Shown: positions 8,762 to 18,624, numbered from the stretch's first letter. The stretch is DNA of 48,051 nt from an uncultured Candidatus Saccharibacteria bacterium (GCA_964496905.1 CAZCAQ010000002.1:70147-118197), one strand, 5' to 3'. Numbers and translations: made by a program. The notes: a model not told the origin generated them from the letters alone.

Positions 8762-9835
8762 ATGGAAAAACTGCTCACACTAATTCAAAGCGTGATTTTT
8801 GCGGTTTTTAACAAGGAGCCTGCAAATTTAAACCAAGTCGTTTCTCAACCTTTTACAGATTCAGTTGTTGAGCAAAATGTGCAATTTCAATCACCTATTG
8901 ATATAAATTATCTGAGGACAAAAACTTACGAATCCCCCGCTCCTATTATTGAGCAAGAGCTTGGAGATGGTTCAAATTACAAACAATACATAGTTAGTTA
9001 CCAAAGCGATGGTAACAAAATTTTCGGATTATTGACTGTTCCAAAAGAAGAAATGCCACAAGGAGGCTACCCTGCAATCGTTTTCAATCACGGATATATT
9101 CCTCCAACTCTGTATAACACCACAAGTAACTACGTAGCATATGTTGATTCCTTAGCTCGAAACGGGTTCGTGGTTTTTAAAATAGACATGAGAGGGCATG
9201 GCAAGTCCGAGGGCCGTGCTGGTGGATCATATTTTTCATCTGGCTACATGACTGATGCTTTAAATGCACTTAGCTCTCTGCAAAAGCTGGACTATGTAAA
9301 CCCACAAAAAATAGGAATGTGGGGGCATAGCATGGCCGGCAACCTAGTTTTACGGGCAATGTTAGTTAGTGATCAAGTTAAGGCAGGTGTAATTTGGGCA
9401 GGCGCTGTTTACTCGTATGAGGATTTTGGAAAATACCGAATTAGCGATAACAGCTATAGACCTCCAACAGCAACACAACCGCCAGTTAATCAAACGGATA
9501 GACCCAACGTGCCCGACGATCCAAACAGAGAAAGTTCCGAAATGGTTCAAAAGTTAAGAGCAAACCCACAAGAGCTAAATTTTAACGATCCCTTTTGGAA
9601 AGCTATTTCGTTAACTCAAAACCTGAATTATTTAAATGCTCCTTTGCAAATTCATCACGCGGTAAACGATTCAACGGTAAATGTGGGGTATTCTCGTGAT
9701 TTGGCTCAAGTACTGGCTGCAGAAGGCAAACAGCACGACTATTTTGAATATGAAGGCGGAGAACACAATATTGATTCACCTTACTTTGATACTGCAATGC
9801 AAAGAACTGTTGAATTCTTTAAGCAAAATCTTTAG
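8762..9835 (+). CDS. Alpha/beta hydrolase, S9 / dienelactone-hydrolase-like serine peptidase/esterase
   Basis: It has a GHSMAGN nucleophile elbow with later Asp (HHAVNDS) and His (GGEHN). The ORF track starts at TTG 8744; I prefer ATG 8762 because of the promoter geometry. Confidence 0.7.
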   Translation: MEKLLTLIQSVIFAVFNKEPANLNQVVSQPFTDSVVEQNVQFQSPIDINYLRTKTYESPAPIIEQELGDGSNYKQYIVSYQSDGNKIFGLLTVPKEEMPQGGYPAIVFNHGYIPPTLYNTTSNYVAYVDSLARNGFVVFKIDMRGHGKSEGRAGGSYFSSGYMTDALNALSSLQKLDYVNPQKIGMWGHSMAGNLVLRAMLVSDQVKAGVIWAGAVYSYEDFGKYRISDNSYRPPTATQPPVNQTDRPNVPDDPNRESSEMVQKLRANPQELNFNDPFWKAISLTQNLNYLNAPLQIHHAVNDSTVNVGYSRDLAQVLAAEGKQHDYFEYEGGEHNIDSPYFDTAMQRTVEFFKQNL

Positions 9836-10950
9836 AGCGACTCTAAAGCGTCCTTAGCAGACTGTAACTGGGAATTATAAAATACCGCTTTTTCAAATTC
9901 AGCGCGGGCTAAGTCAATATTTCCCTGCTCTTTATAAATTTCACCTCTAAGTATGTAAAGTTCGGAAAAAGCTCGATTGTGGTTGTTTAATATTCTATCC
10001 GTAATTTCAAACACACGATCGTTGCGACCAAGTTGTTTGTACGCGAGTATCGGCTCAATTTGGTACCACAAAGCACGTGAGGGCAATGCGTTTTCTACTT
10101 TTTCAAACTCTTTGATGGATTCCTCATACATACCATTCATGTAATATGCAATGGATAAACTAAAAATGGCTTTAGTGTCTAAAGGATTTTCAGCTACAAT
10201 ACTTTGCCAATAATTCAATGATTTTGCCCAAGCTTTTTTTGCATCCACATCCTCACCTAAAATCTGTTTAGCAATTTGTTGTTTCTCAGTTGGAATCAAG
10301 ACTAAGTACTCATACCCAAATTTATCCCACATAGAATTAAACTCCTCCATGGAATAAGTTAAGTTGGCTCCTTGCAATGAATCATCCTGTAAAAGTGTCT
10401 GAGCAACAGTGTCGTAGCCTTTTACAACGCGATAATGCCCTATGTCATCGTCTGGTTTAAGCCAAGTTCTAGTAATAACGGGCATATCATTAGCCACTAA
10501 TGCACTTAAAACCTCAAAACTCCCGTTTGGGCGATGATATGCTGTAAAACCAAGTTCTTCAGCCTTTTTTGCCATTTCTTCCAAAGTTGTAGATTTGTCG
10601 TCATTATCTCCGACTGGATTTTGATAGGGCCTTAACTGCGCGCCTAGTTCTTGTTGAGAAATGTTTACACTATAATACGAAAGAGCCATCGAAAGCGCCG
10701 CGGGTCCACAATTGTTAAATGTTTGAATTACGTGATAATTATTCGAAAGCGTTTTTTGAGCAGGAATTTCAGGTTGGTTTGGGGTAATAACTCCTTCTGG
10801 TGCTAGTTCTTCAGTTGAGATGTTTGGCAATTCTTCAACAGTTATAGGTGCTTGTTCTAAAGTACTAGAAGTATTTTTTGGAATGAGCCTCAATGCTATA
10901 AAAACAGCTGACCCAGCAAGTATTAAAATGAGGGCGATAATTCGTGGCAT
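9832..10950 (-). CDS. Membrane-anchored C39-like (papain-fold) peptidase domain fused to TPR repeats
   Basis: N-terminal TM helix; NNCGPAALSMALSYY supplies the Cys and GHYRVVKGYD the His; the C-terminus is TPR-like (AYYMNGMYEESIKEFEK...). Confidence 0.6.
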   Translation of the reverse strand: MPRIIALILILAGSAVFIALRLIPKNTSSTLEQAPITVEELPNISTEELAPEGVITPNQPEIPAQKTLSNNYHVIQTFNNCGPAALSMALSYYSVNISQQELGAQLRPYQNPVGDNDDKSTTLEEMAKKAEELGFTAYHRPNGSFEVLSALVANDMPVITRTWLKPDDDIGHYRVVKGYDTVAQTLLQDDSLQGANLTYSMEEFNSMWDKFGYEYLVLIPTEKQQIAKQILGEDVDAKKAWAKSLNYWQSIVAENPLDTKAIFSLSIAYYMNGMYEESIKEFEKVENALPSRALWYQIEPILAYKQLGRNDRVFEITDRILNNHNRAFSELYILRGEIYKEQGNIDLARAEFEKAVFYNSQLQSAKDALESL

Positions 10951-10959
10951 AAAGTTTCT

Positions 10960-11634
10960 TCAGCTAATGGCGCTAAGCAAGTGGCCGTTCTCCTTTAACC
11001 ATTTTTCACTCATTCTATAGTTTTTGTCAAACATATAGACATGATTCCAAAATGATTTGGAATGGTTTTTGTGTTTTACATGCGCAAGTTCGTGATAAAT
11101 TACGTAATCCAAAACTGATGGTGGTGCCATAATTAATCTCCAAGAAATGCTTATACTGTTTTTTCCGCTGCAGGAGCCCCAGCGAGTATTAGCATTGGAA
11201 ATTCTGACCTTTTCAATATTTATGTTGTGTTCGGCACAAATTACTTTAATTCTTTTTTCTATAGTATTTTTTGCTATGCGCTTGTACCAAGCTAAAATTA
11301 TTTTTTTAGCACTTTTTGCATATTTTTCGTTAATAACAATTTTGTCTTCAACTTCAATAGCCTTACCATTTAGGGGCAAAAACACAATTTCAATTTTTTT
11401 TCCTAAATAATACAAATAACTGCCATGTTCAAATGTTGCGTACGTAATTTGGCTTTGGCGTAATTTTGCCTTGTTAACGTTTTTTTGAACCCATGCTTCA
11501 TTTTGCACTATATACTTATCTATTTTATCCTGAGAAAGCTTTAAGGGAGCACGCACCACAACTTCAGCGTTTTCGTTTACACTTATAGAAATTGTCTTGC
11601 GCGCGGAACGAACTAAAGTATAAGAAACTGGCAT
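10960..11634 (-). CDS. YgjP/DUF45-type (SprT/WLM-like) zinc metallohydrolase
   Basis: 224 aa with HELAHVKHKNHSKSFW near the C-terminus and a layout typical of YgjP-like proteins. Confidence 0.7.
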   Translation of the reverse strand: MPVSYTLVRSARKTISISVNENAEVVVRAPLKLSQDKIDKYIVQNEAWVQKNVNKAKLRQSQITYATFEHGSYLYYLGKKIEIVFLPLNGKAIEVEDKIVINEKYAKSAKKIILAWYKRIAKNTIEKRIKVICAEHNINIEKVRISNANTRWGSCSGKNSISISWRLIMAPPSVLDYVIYHELAHVKHKNHSKSFWNHVYMFDKNYRMSEKWLKENGHLLSAIS

Positions 11635-11685
11635 ACAAAACAGTATACAAGACTAGTAGCATACCCTATAACATTTATGGCTTTC

Positions 11686-11713
11686 TTGACTCTAGCGCCA
11701 GTAGTTGTATTAT
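11686..11713 (+). promoter_or_regulatory. Promoter TTGACT-16 nt-TATTAT upstream of the DUF308 gene pair
   Basis: TTGACT at 11686-11691 and TATTAT at 11708-11713. It would give a ~100-nt leader containing a small SD-led ORF. Confidence 0.45.
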
Positions 11714-11747
11714 TTTAATTGAAAGGCTACAGTATAGGAGCTACCAC

Positions 11748-11807
11748 ATGAAAAAGCATGCGGCATCTCCTGTTTTCGCAAAGTGCGAATATAGTATTTT
11801 TCTGTAG
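11748..11807 (+). CDS. Candidate 19-aa upstream ORF / leader peptide (MKKHAASPVFAKCEYSIFL)
   Basis: AGGAG at 11736-11740 lies 7 nt before the ATG at 11748. The stop is 9 nt before the ATG of the downstream gene. Confidence 0.25.
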   Translation: MKKHAASPVFAKCEYSIFL

Positions 11808-11816
11808 TGTAAAAAA

Positions 11817-12407
11817 ATGGAAACAACCGCTTCAACACCAGTTGCTAACCTAAAAAAAGACTGGTGGATTTATTTACTTAGTGGAATTGCCGCATTTGTC
11901 ATTGGATGGATGCTTCTTTCACAACCTGCACTCACAACTGCTAATTTAGTTATTTTCCTGGGTTTTTACTGGCTAGTATCAGGAATTATCGATATGATTT
12001 TCGCTGTTGCGAATCGTAAAGAAAAAGAGCACACTGGTCTTAAGATTGCTGGAGGTTTTTTGAGCCTTTTTGCAGGTCTTATAATTATTAACAACCCAAT
12101 TTTTTCTGTAGTTTTTACTCCTGTAATGTTTATGTATTTGGTGGCATTTACCTTTATAGTCAACGGTATCATCAAGATCTTTACAGGAAACGAACACATG
12201 AACGAAAATGGTGAGTTCTACAAAAAAGTAAGCATAGGAAGTGTTTTACTAGGTCTATTGCTTGCCTTTACTGGACTTTGGTTGTTATTGTCACCTACGA
12301 TTGTATCGGTAGCAACACTAGTAATGGCGACGGGGCTCTACCTAACAGCCTATGGTATTGCTATGGTCATACTTGGTTTCTACATTAGATTTTCAAAGGA
12401 GTCATAA
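11817..12407 (+). CDS. HdeD/DUF308-family multi-pass membrane protein
   Basis: 196 aa with six hydrophobic segments and the G/I/L-rich repeat pattern typical of DUF308. Confidence 0.6.
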   Translation: METTASTPVANLKKDWWIYLLSGIAAFVIGWMLLSQPALTTANLVIFLGFYWLVSGIIDMIFAVANRKEKEHTGLKIAGGFLSLFAGLIIINNPIFSVVFTPVMFMYLVAFTFIVNGIIKIFTGNEHMNENGEFYKKVSIGSVLLGLLLAFTGLWLLLSPTIVSVATLVMATGLYLTAYGIAMVILGFYIRFSKES

Positions 12408-12410
12408 CAA

Positions 12411-12980
12411 ATGCTTAGAGAAACTCTTAATTATTGGTGGGTCTATCTTGTAAAAGGGATACTTGCCATATGTTTTGCGGTATTAGCTCTAACTATGCCA
12501 GATAAAACGGTAGTTTTGCTTTCTGTTTTGTTTGGACTTTACTTAGTAATAGACGGAATAATCTCCGCAGTTTTTGCATTGTTTTCAATTGGAAAAGGCA
12601 AAAATTGGGGAATGCCTTTATTGCAAGGTATTGTTGAGTTACTAATTGGTATTTTAGTACTAAACTATCCACAAGCCACGGTTGGTTTTGTACTATTTTT
12701 AGTGGCACTTTGGTTAATAATGAGCGGAATCATAATGCTTATTATGGGAATAAAAGTCAGAGACGAGTCAGAAGAAGAATGGCTACTAATGGCCTACGGA
12801 ATTATTGCATTATTTTTAGGAATAATTCTTATGGCAAATCCTCAGGCAAGCGTGCTTTTCCTAACAGTAATGTTTGGAATTTCAGCACTTGTTAGTGGAA
12901 TTGTTAGCGTATCGTTTGCCTTTAAGGTTCGCGAACTAAAACACAGGGTCGAAGCTGAACAGCTAGAACTTCCTCTATAA
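12411..12980 (+). CDS. HdeD/DUF308-family multi-pass membrane protein (tandem paralog)
   Basis: 189 aa with the same topology as the upstream gene; the gap between them is 3 nt. Confidence 0.6.
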   Translation: MLRETLNYWWVYLVKGILAICFAVLALTMPDKTVVLLSVLFGLYLVIDGIISAVFALFSIGKGKNWGMPLLQGIVELLIGILVLNYPQATVGFVLFLVALWLIMSGIIMLIMGIKVRDESEEEWLLMAYGIIALFLGIILMANPQASVLFLTVMFGISALVSGIVSVSFAFKVRELKHRVEAEQLELPL

Positions 12981-12992
12981 AATGAAGACTTA

Positions 12993-13027
12993 AAAAAGGC
13001 TACGGGCAACTTGCTCGTGGCTTTTTG
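12993..13027. terminator. Bidirectional intrinsic terminator between convergent genes
   Basis: AAAAAAGGCTACGGGC-AACTT-GCTCGTGGCTTTTT forms a ~10-bp stem (two or three G-U pairs) flanked by A and T runs. Confidence 0.6.
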
Positions 13028-13048
13028 TGTTTTTATTTCTATTTAAAG

Positions 13049-13375
13049 TTACTGATTCTCTGCGCCGTCTGTAGATACAGGGGCATCACCATCTATTTGA
13101 CTTGGTAAATCTACATTGCAGGCCATGTCTGTGCAGGCCACTTGCCCATTTTCAGCACAACTACAAGAGTTACAACCATCGTCTGATGTAAAACTTTCTC
13201 CATACATGTATGTTCTACCGCTATATTCACAAACACCATTTTTATCAAAGGGTACAGGAAGTTCAACCCTTGGTTGACTGCCTACAAGCATAAATACTAT
13301 TAGTACTAAAAGGGCAATGATAACACTAAGCATTATGTAAATAGCCGTGTTGCCTATTTGGTTTGAATTTTTCAT
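13049..13375 (-). CDS. Small membrane-anchored Cys-rich protein with a VWC (von Willebrand type C)-like cysteine pattern
   Basis: 108 aa with a TM helix, then CEYSGRTYMYGESFTSDDGCNSCSCAENGQVACTDMAC. TATAAT at 13387-13382 lies 6 nt upstream of the ATG. Confidence 0.6.
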   Translation of the reverse strand: MKNSNQIGNTAIYIMLSVIIALLVLIVFMLVGSQPRVELPVPFDKNGVCEYSGRTYMYGESFTSDDGCNSCSCAENGQVACTDMACNVDLPSQIDGDAPVSTDGAENQ

Positions 13376-13442
13376 GAGTTAATTATAGTGTTTTTTAAAG
13401 AGTCAGCAAATGATCAGGATAAGGTGGTTCCTCTCCACCTAG

Positions 13443-13745
13443 TTAAAAGCCCTTTACTGGAATCGCTTCGTAACCAATATCCCATCCTACTAGGTCATTA
13501 CCATACTTTCGCTTTAACACATCAGATGTTTTTGCAAAGTATTCTTTGTAAGCTTCCTTAGTTGCAACTTTGTACGCAAAACCTAATCCATTTTGGTCTT
13601 TGCTTGCCCCACGAACATAAAGACTTACATAATTTTCATCTGTTGCCCATTCTGTGGCTAGTTCAACAAGTTCTTCCATTGGGATCTTGTCGCTAAACTT
13701 CCAAAGACCCATGGCAAAGTTATTTTGGTTTTCCATCATAATCAC
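13443..13745 (-). CDS. Hypothetical small cytoplasmic protein
   Basis: 100-aa ORF preceded by a strong SD (AAAGGAGGTGATT-ATG). No family recognised. Confidence 0.55.
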   Translation of the reverse strand: MIMMENQNNFAMGLWKFSDKIPMEELVELATEWATDENYVSLYVRGASKDQNGLGFAYKVATKEAYKEYFAKTSDVLKRKYGNDLVGWDIGYEAIPVKGF

Positions 13746-13790
13746 CTCCTTTGCATGATGCTACGCCTCTTTTCGCGCTTTCGCTCGAAA

Positions 13791-13816
13791 AGAAAAATAG
13801 CCGCTTTCCGCGGCTT
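13791..13816 (-). terminator. Intrinsic terminator after the helicase gene
   Basis: On the minus strand, AGCCGC-GGAAA-GCGGCT is followed by ATTTTTCTTTT. Confidence 0.6.
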
Positions 13817-13948
13817 TTCTTAAGAACAATATTATTTAATTAATACAGTGTTACCTGCATTTGACGCATTTCTGCGTACGGAAAGAAAAGGAATGGAAAG
13901 GAACCGTTTTTATAGTAATACTAAGGTAGAAAGCTGTCAAATTAGCAC

Positions 13949-15184
13949 TTAAACAGTAACAAAAGTTAAAGCTATACCAGTTTTGTCAGCACGACCAGTT
14001 CGGCCAATTCGGTGAATGTAGTCTTCGTAAGTCATTGGCATTTCGTAGTTTATAACGTGAGATACATCTTTTATATCTAAGCCACGGGCTGCAACGTCAG
14101 TTGCTAGTAAAATGTCGATTTGATCTTTTTTAAACTTTTCCAAAATGCTACGTCTTTTGCTTTGACGAACATTTCCGTGAATTGCGTCGGCTTTAAGTCC
14201 TCTGCTTACTAATTCGTCAGAAAGTTTTTGAACTCCCCATTTTGAATTACCAAAAACTATAACTTTGTTAAAGCTTTCAGTTTCCAAAAGATTAACCAAA
14301 GTATCGACCTTTTTTTCGTTATTTCCAGAAACTCTAACTAAGCCCTGCGTAATGTTTACAGCTGTATCACTGCGCTTTACGTCAATTTGAATAGGATCTT
14401 TAACAAATGCCGTTAATATTTCTTGAACTTTTTTAGCAACGGTTGCAGAAAAGAATAAGGATTGTCTTTGTGCTGGAAGCAGAGAAATAAAGAACTTGAT
14501 TTCAGTTACAAATCCAATATCAACCATTCGATCTGTTTCATCTAAAACAACGTTATTAAATTCGTTAAGATGAATATAGTGCTTTTGAACTAAATCTTTT
14601 AATCTACCGGGAGTTCCAACAATAAAGCTTGGATTTCTTCGTAATTCAGAAATTTGAACGCGCATGCTGCTTCCACCTGTTACTAAAGCTCCGTATAAAT
14701 TAAGGCCACTAGCAAGCTGTTTAAATTCACTAAAAATTTGATCGGCAAGTTCGCGTGTAGGTGCAACAATAAATACTTTTTGATTTTTGTCTTTATGAGC
14801 TTTGTTTATTAATGGAATTAAAAATGCGGCTGTTTTACCAGTTCCCGTGTTTGCAATACCTATTAAATCACGCCCTTCCAAAATGTATGGAATTGCTTGA
14901 TCTTGAATTGGTGAAGGCACAGTGTAACCTTTTCGAGCAATATTTTGCTTTAGGCCTGCGTTTATATCAAAGTCGTCAAAGGAATACTGAGCAATATATT
15001 CAACCTCGGTTTGCTTTTCAAGCGTTTGAGACTTTTTGGAGTATTCTACCGTTTTAATCAAATCTGACTCAGTCCATTGGTAGTTACGTTTATTATTCGG
15101 TTTTTGTTTTTGAAAGGAAGAATTTCTTGGACGAAAATTTCTCGAACCTCTCCTGTTGTTGTTTCTATACATTTTTAATGACAT
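13949..15184 (-). CDS. DEAD-box ATP-dependent RNA helicase (motif II reads DETD) with Arg/Asn-rich N-terminal extension
   Basis: Motifs present: NTGTGKTAAF, PTRELA, LDETDRMVDIGF, FSAT, HGNVRQSKR, ARGLDI, HRIGRTGRA. Confidence 0.85.
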   Translation of the reverse strand: MSLKMYRNNNRRGSRNFRPRNSSFQKQKPNNKRNYQWTESDLIKTVEYSKKSQTLEKQTEVEYIAQYSFDDFDINAGLKQNIARKGYTVPSPIQDQAIPYILEGRDLIGIANTGTGKTAAFLIPLINKAHKDKNQKVFIVAPTRELADQIFSEFKQLASGLNLYGALVTGGSSMRVQISELRRNPSFIVGTPGRLKDLVQKHYIHLNEFNNVVLDETDRMVDIGFVTEIKFFISLLPAQRQSLFFSATVAKKVQEILTAFVKDPIQIDVKRSDTAVNITQGLVRVSGNNEKKVDTLVNLLETESFNKVIVFGNSKWGVQKLSDELVSRGLKADAIHGNVRQSKRRSILEKFKKDQIDILLATDVAARGLDIKDVSHVINYEMPMTYEDYIHRIGRTGRADKTGIALTFVTV

Positions 15185-15213
15185 TCGCTTGTAGCAATGT
15201 CCTCAACAAAAGA

Positions 15214-15337
15214 GCTATGAAACTGCCTGAATCTACGTAATATAGGATAAGATACTGAATAAAATTGAATCTTGATTATCTTTATCGTTCTATAAATACT
15301 TAAGAAATGTCTTCATCAATTGAAGCAGTTTCATAGC
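15214..15337. repeat. 13-bp perfect inverted repeat (GCTATGAAACTGC / GCAGTTTCATAGC) enclosing ~98 nt in the helicase upstream region
   Basis: The arms are at 15214-15226 and 15325-15337, both flanked by T-rich runs. Confidence 0.5.
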
Positions 15338-15398
15338 CTTTTTGATGACAAGGCAGTGTAGCATATACTAGACAGCGATGCAAACTAAGCTGTATGCA

Positions 15399-16295
15399 TC
15401 AGTTTCTCTGTGCGTATAAATCATCAGTGGTATAAGCTTGGTTTAAACAGCTGATTTGATTCTTAACTACACTTATTGTATCCATGCCGCCGTCAGTTTT
15501 ACTCCAACCAACACTTAGGTACTGTTCTACTTCCGCACCTCCATCTGCCTTTACAACAAATAACTTACTAGAAGAATCATCGTAGCAAATTGGCAGGTAG
15601 TGCAAACCCCAATCATCACCACCACCTTCTCTTCCAATAAAATAAAATTGGGTAACTATATTGTGATCTTTCAAGATTGTTACCTCTGTAACTGGCATTT
15701 TTGCAATAAAACTTGGTAAGTAAGTAGTATCGGAAAGGTTTGTATCTATATAAAATCTGTTAACTTTATCCTCATTGATAGATACCAGCTGATACCCATT
15801 CTTTTGGATAGCGAAAGATTCACCAACAAATCCAAACTTTTGTTTAGGAGAGGTATAGTCTGATTTATATAGAGCATAGTTAACTATACTTGGATGTAAC
15901 TGAAATTTGAATTCTTCATTTTGCTCAAGCACGTTATCCTTGTCCTCGTCATAATCTATTGTCATAGACACACTGTTTACTCCTACTGTAGGAGAAACAT
16001 ATATTATTCTGTCCGTTTTGACATCATAAAAGAAATTAGTGTCTCCAGCATGCGTTTTTGTGGGGATAAGATATGTTTCTAAAGTTGTCTTTCTATCTTC
16101 TAAAACACTATGAGGTATGGCACCTCCATCATAATCCAATGCAAGACTTTCGGATTGTGTAGACTGCATTATTTCAGTTGAAGGTGTTGAAAGTAGTTTA
16201 TTTGTCCTAACACCGCCTTTTTGTAGTAAATAGACATTTAAGGCTAAAGAGCTTAAAAATAGTAAAGTAATGAGAATCTTAAAAACTACGTACAT
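15399..16295 (-). CDS. Hypothetical membrane-anchored extracytoplasmic protein
   Basis: 298-aa ORF with an N-terminal TM helix. TAATTT at 16306-16301 lies 5 nt upstream of the ATG. Confidence 0.55.
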   Translation of the reverse strand: MYVVFKILITLLFLSSLALNVYLLQKGGVRTNKLLSTPSTEIMQSTQSESLALDYDGGAIPHSVLEDRKTTLETYLIPTKTHAGDTNFFYDVKTDRIIYVSPTVGVNSVSMTIDYDEDKDNVLEQNEEFKFQLHPSIVNYALYKSDYTSPKQKFGFVGESFAIQKNGYQLVSINEDKVNRFYIDTNLSDTTYLPSFIAKMPVTEVTILKDHNIVTQFYFIGREGGGDDWGLHYLPICYDDSSSKLFVVKADGGAEVEQYLSVGWSKTDGGMDTISVVKNQISCLNQAYTTDDLYAQRN

Positions 16296-16420
16296 CTATT
16301 AAATTAGATCACTTTGCCCGTGTTATGGCAACACCAATAGGCAAAACGCTAAAATACCTATATAATAAGCTACTGCTGACAGAAAACCTCTCGTAGACTT
16401 CTTTATCAGCCCAAAATACT

Positions 16421-18232
16421 ATGAAACTAAGAAATATAGCTATAATTGCACACGTTGACCATGGCAAAACCACTATTGTAGATGGACTATTAAAGCAATC
16501 CAAAACCTTTAGGGAAAACGAATCCTTTATGTCCCAAGAGCTTATTATGGATTCAAACGACCAAGAAAGAGAACGTGGAATCACCATTTTAGCCAAAAAC
16601 ACGGCTGTAAGCTACCTAGACACTAAAATTAATATAATAGACACCCCTGGACACGCAGATTTTGGCGGTGAAGTTGAAAGAACCCTAAACATGGCAGACG
16701 GCGTTTTGTTAGTTGTAGATGCGCAAGAAGGCCCCATGCCTCAAACCAAGTTTGTTTTAAAAAAAGCGCTTGACCTTAATTTAAAGGTAATTGTAATTGT
16801 TAACAAAATAGATAAACCCAACGCTCGAATTACTTCGGTAGTATCACACATTTATGATTTATTTTTAGAACTAGCAACACATGAAGATCAACTTGAATTC
16901 CCTATTATCTATGCTTCTGGAAAAAATGGAAAGGCGTGGAATGCTGTGCCCGACTCTTTTGAAGACAATGCAGACTTTTCACCTATTTTTGAAGCAATTT
17001 TAAAATATGTGCCTGAACCACAAGTTCAAAGCGATGCAAACTTTCAAATGCTAATTTCTGCACTAGATTGGGATAATTACAAAGGAAAATACGCAATTGG
17101 CAGAATAAACAAGGGGTCGCTTAAAATTGGCGATAAGCTTGCTTTAGTTAAATCCGAAACAGACATTCAAGAATTTGTAGTTGAAAAGGTTTTTGTAAAC
17201 CAAGGACTTCACCGAGTGGAAACCGAAGTTGGTGAAGCTGGCGACATAATAGGCATTACCGGAATAAAAAATGCCGAAATTGGCGACTCGCTTTGCGATC
17301 CAGCTCATATAGAAGCCTTACCAAAAATTAAATTAGAAGAGCCAACACTTGCAATTACAATTGGCCCAAACACTTCTCCATTAATGGGCCAAGAAGGAAA
17401 GTTTGTAACAGGACGACAAATCTTAGAAAGAATCGAAAAGGAACTTCAAGTAAACATTGCAATGAAATTTAGAATTAACGAAGAAGGAAAATATGTGCTG
17501 TCAGGTCGCGGCGAACTTCATTTATCAGTGTTTTTAGAAACATTGCGCCGAGAAGGCTTTGAAATAGAAGTCAGCAAGCCAACGGTCATTACAACAGTCA
17601 TAGATGGCGTAGTAACGGAGCCGGTTGAAGAACTAACAGTTGATGTAGACAACCAATATGTAGGTGCGGTAAAAAGCGAAATAGGCAAAAGACGTGGAAT
17701 GCTAATAAATCAAGAAGAAATTTCTAGCAACACTACAAGACTGGTTTTTGAAATCACTACACGAGGTATTTTGGGACTGCGCGGAACGCTGTTAACACTT
17801 TCTAAGGGTACCGCAGTTGCAAGCTCACTCTTTATCAAAAACGAAAAAGCAGGCGCACAAATGCAAAAATTACGAAAAGGCGTAATTGTTGCTACACACA
17901 GCGGAAAAGCAGTTCCTTACGGTTTACAGTCAGCGCACGAAAAAGGTCCAGTTTTTATTTGGCCTCAAACTCCAGTTTATGAAGGAATGATAGTGGGAAT
18001 TAACGGACGCGATGAAGATTTAGAACTAAATGTTTGCCGAGCAAAACAGTTAACAAATAACCGTTCATCCGGTGAAGACGGAATCGTGCTACCTCCACCA
18101 GTCGACCTTAGCTTGGAACAAATGCTTGGCTTTTTGGAAGACGATGAGCTTTTGGAAATAACTCCTACTTCTTTACGACTGCGTAAAAAAGTTTTAAACG
18201 CAGATAATCGTAGAAAAATGAACAGAAATTAG
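16421..18232 (+). CDS. typA: Translational GTPase TypA/BipA
   Basis: 603 aa with G-motifs [17 protein letters not shown] and NKID, in a BipA-type domain order. Confidence 0.9.
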   Translation: MKLRNIAIIAHVDHGKTTIVDGLLKQSKTFRENESFMSQELIMDSNDQERERGITILAKNTAVSYLDTKINIIDTPGHADFGGEVERTLNMADGVLLVVDAQEGPMPQTKFVLKKALDLNLKVIVIVNKIDKPNARITSVVSHIYDLFLELATHEDQLEFPIIYASGKNGKAWNAVPDSFEDNADFSPIFEAILKYVPEPQVQSDANFQMLISALDWDNYKGKYAIGRINKGSLKIGDKLALVKSETDIQEFVVEKVFVNQGLHRVETEVGEAGDIIGITGIKNAEIGDSLCDPAHIEALPKIKLEEPTLAITIGPNTSPLMGQEGKFVTGRQILERIEKELQVNIAMKFRINEEGKYVLSGRGELHLSVFLETLRREGFEIEVSKPTVITTVIDGVVTEPVEELTVDVDNQYVGAVKSEIGKRRGMLINQEEISSNTTRLVFEITTRGILGLRGTLLTLSKGTAVASSLFIKNEKAGAQMQKLRKGVIVATHSGKAVPYGLQSAHEKGPVFIWPQTPVYEGMIVGINGRDEDLELNVCRAKQLTNNRSSGEDGIVLPPPVDLSLEQMLGFLEDDELLEITPTSLRLRKKVLNADNRRKMNRN

Positions 18233-18315
18233 TTTTTGTTTTTACAAAGCCTTACGTAAGTTTTTCATATATGAGCATATTGCAACGTATATTGTAGTAT
18301 GTTAAGTTCCAAGTA

Positions 18316-18624
18316 ATGACCTCCTCTGATTCTAACAAATTAGATGTAATACTGAATCACCTCGTAGCTCATAATACCAAGTTGGACATAGTAATAACTA
18401 GACTTGATAGACTAGAGGTTCGTGTTGCCGCGCTCGAATTAAAGGTTCAGTCTATAGACAAAAGGTTTGATTCCATGGATCTTAGACTAGATTCTATTGA
18501 ACTAACTTTGGCGCATCACACAACGCTCTTTGCGCAAATAGATCAAAAACTTGAACTTCACAATGACGTACTTATTTCTCATAACGAAAGACTGGATAAA
18601 CTAGAGGAAAATACTAAGCACTAA
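18316..18624 (+). CDS. Hypothetical coiled-coil protein with LDxRL/LE repeats
   Basis: 102 aa with repetitive heptad-like text (RLDRLEVRVAALELKVQSIDKRFDSMDLRLDSIELTL). Confidence 0.45.
   Translation: MTSSDSNKLDVILNHLVAHNTKLDIVITRLDRLEVRVAALELKVQSIDKRFDSMDLRLDSIELTLAHHTTLFAQIDQKLELHNDVLISHNERLDKLEENTKH

Noticed and set aside
11592-11747. Upstream part of the 71-aa ORF 11592-11807
   Set aside because: It begins inside the divergent YgjP-like gene and crosses the promoter. Only the last 19 codons (11748-11807), which have their own SD, are considered possibly real.
13422-13440. Hairpin AGGTGG-7 nt-CCACCT between two minus-strand genes, considered as a terminator
   Set aside because: No U-tract follows it on either strand. 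It may be a processing or stability element, but the evidence is too thin to call.
16309-16602. 97-aa minus-strand ORF overlapping the typA start
   Set aside because: It is antisense to the highly conserved GTPase G1 region and has no start-site signals.
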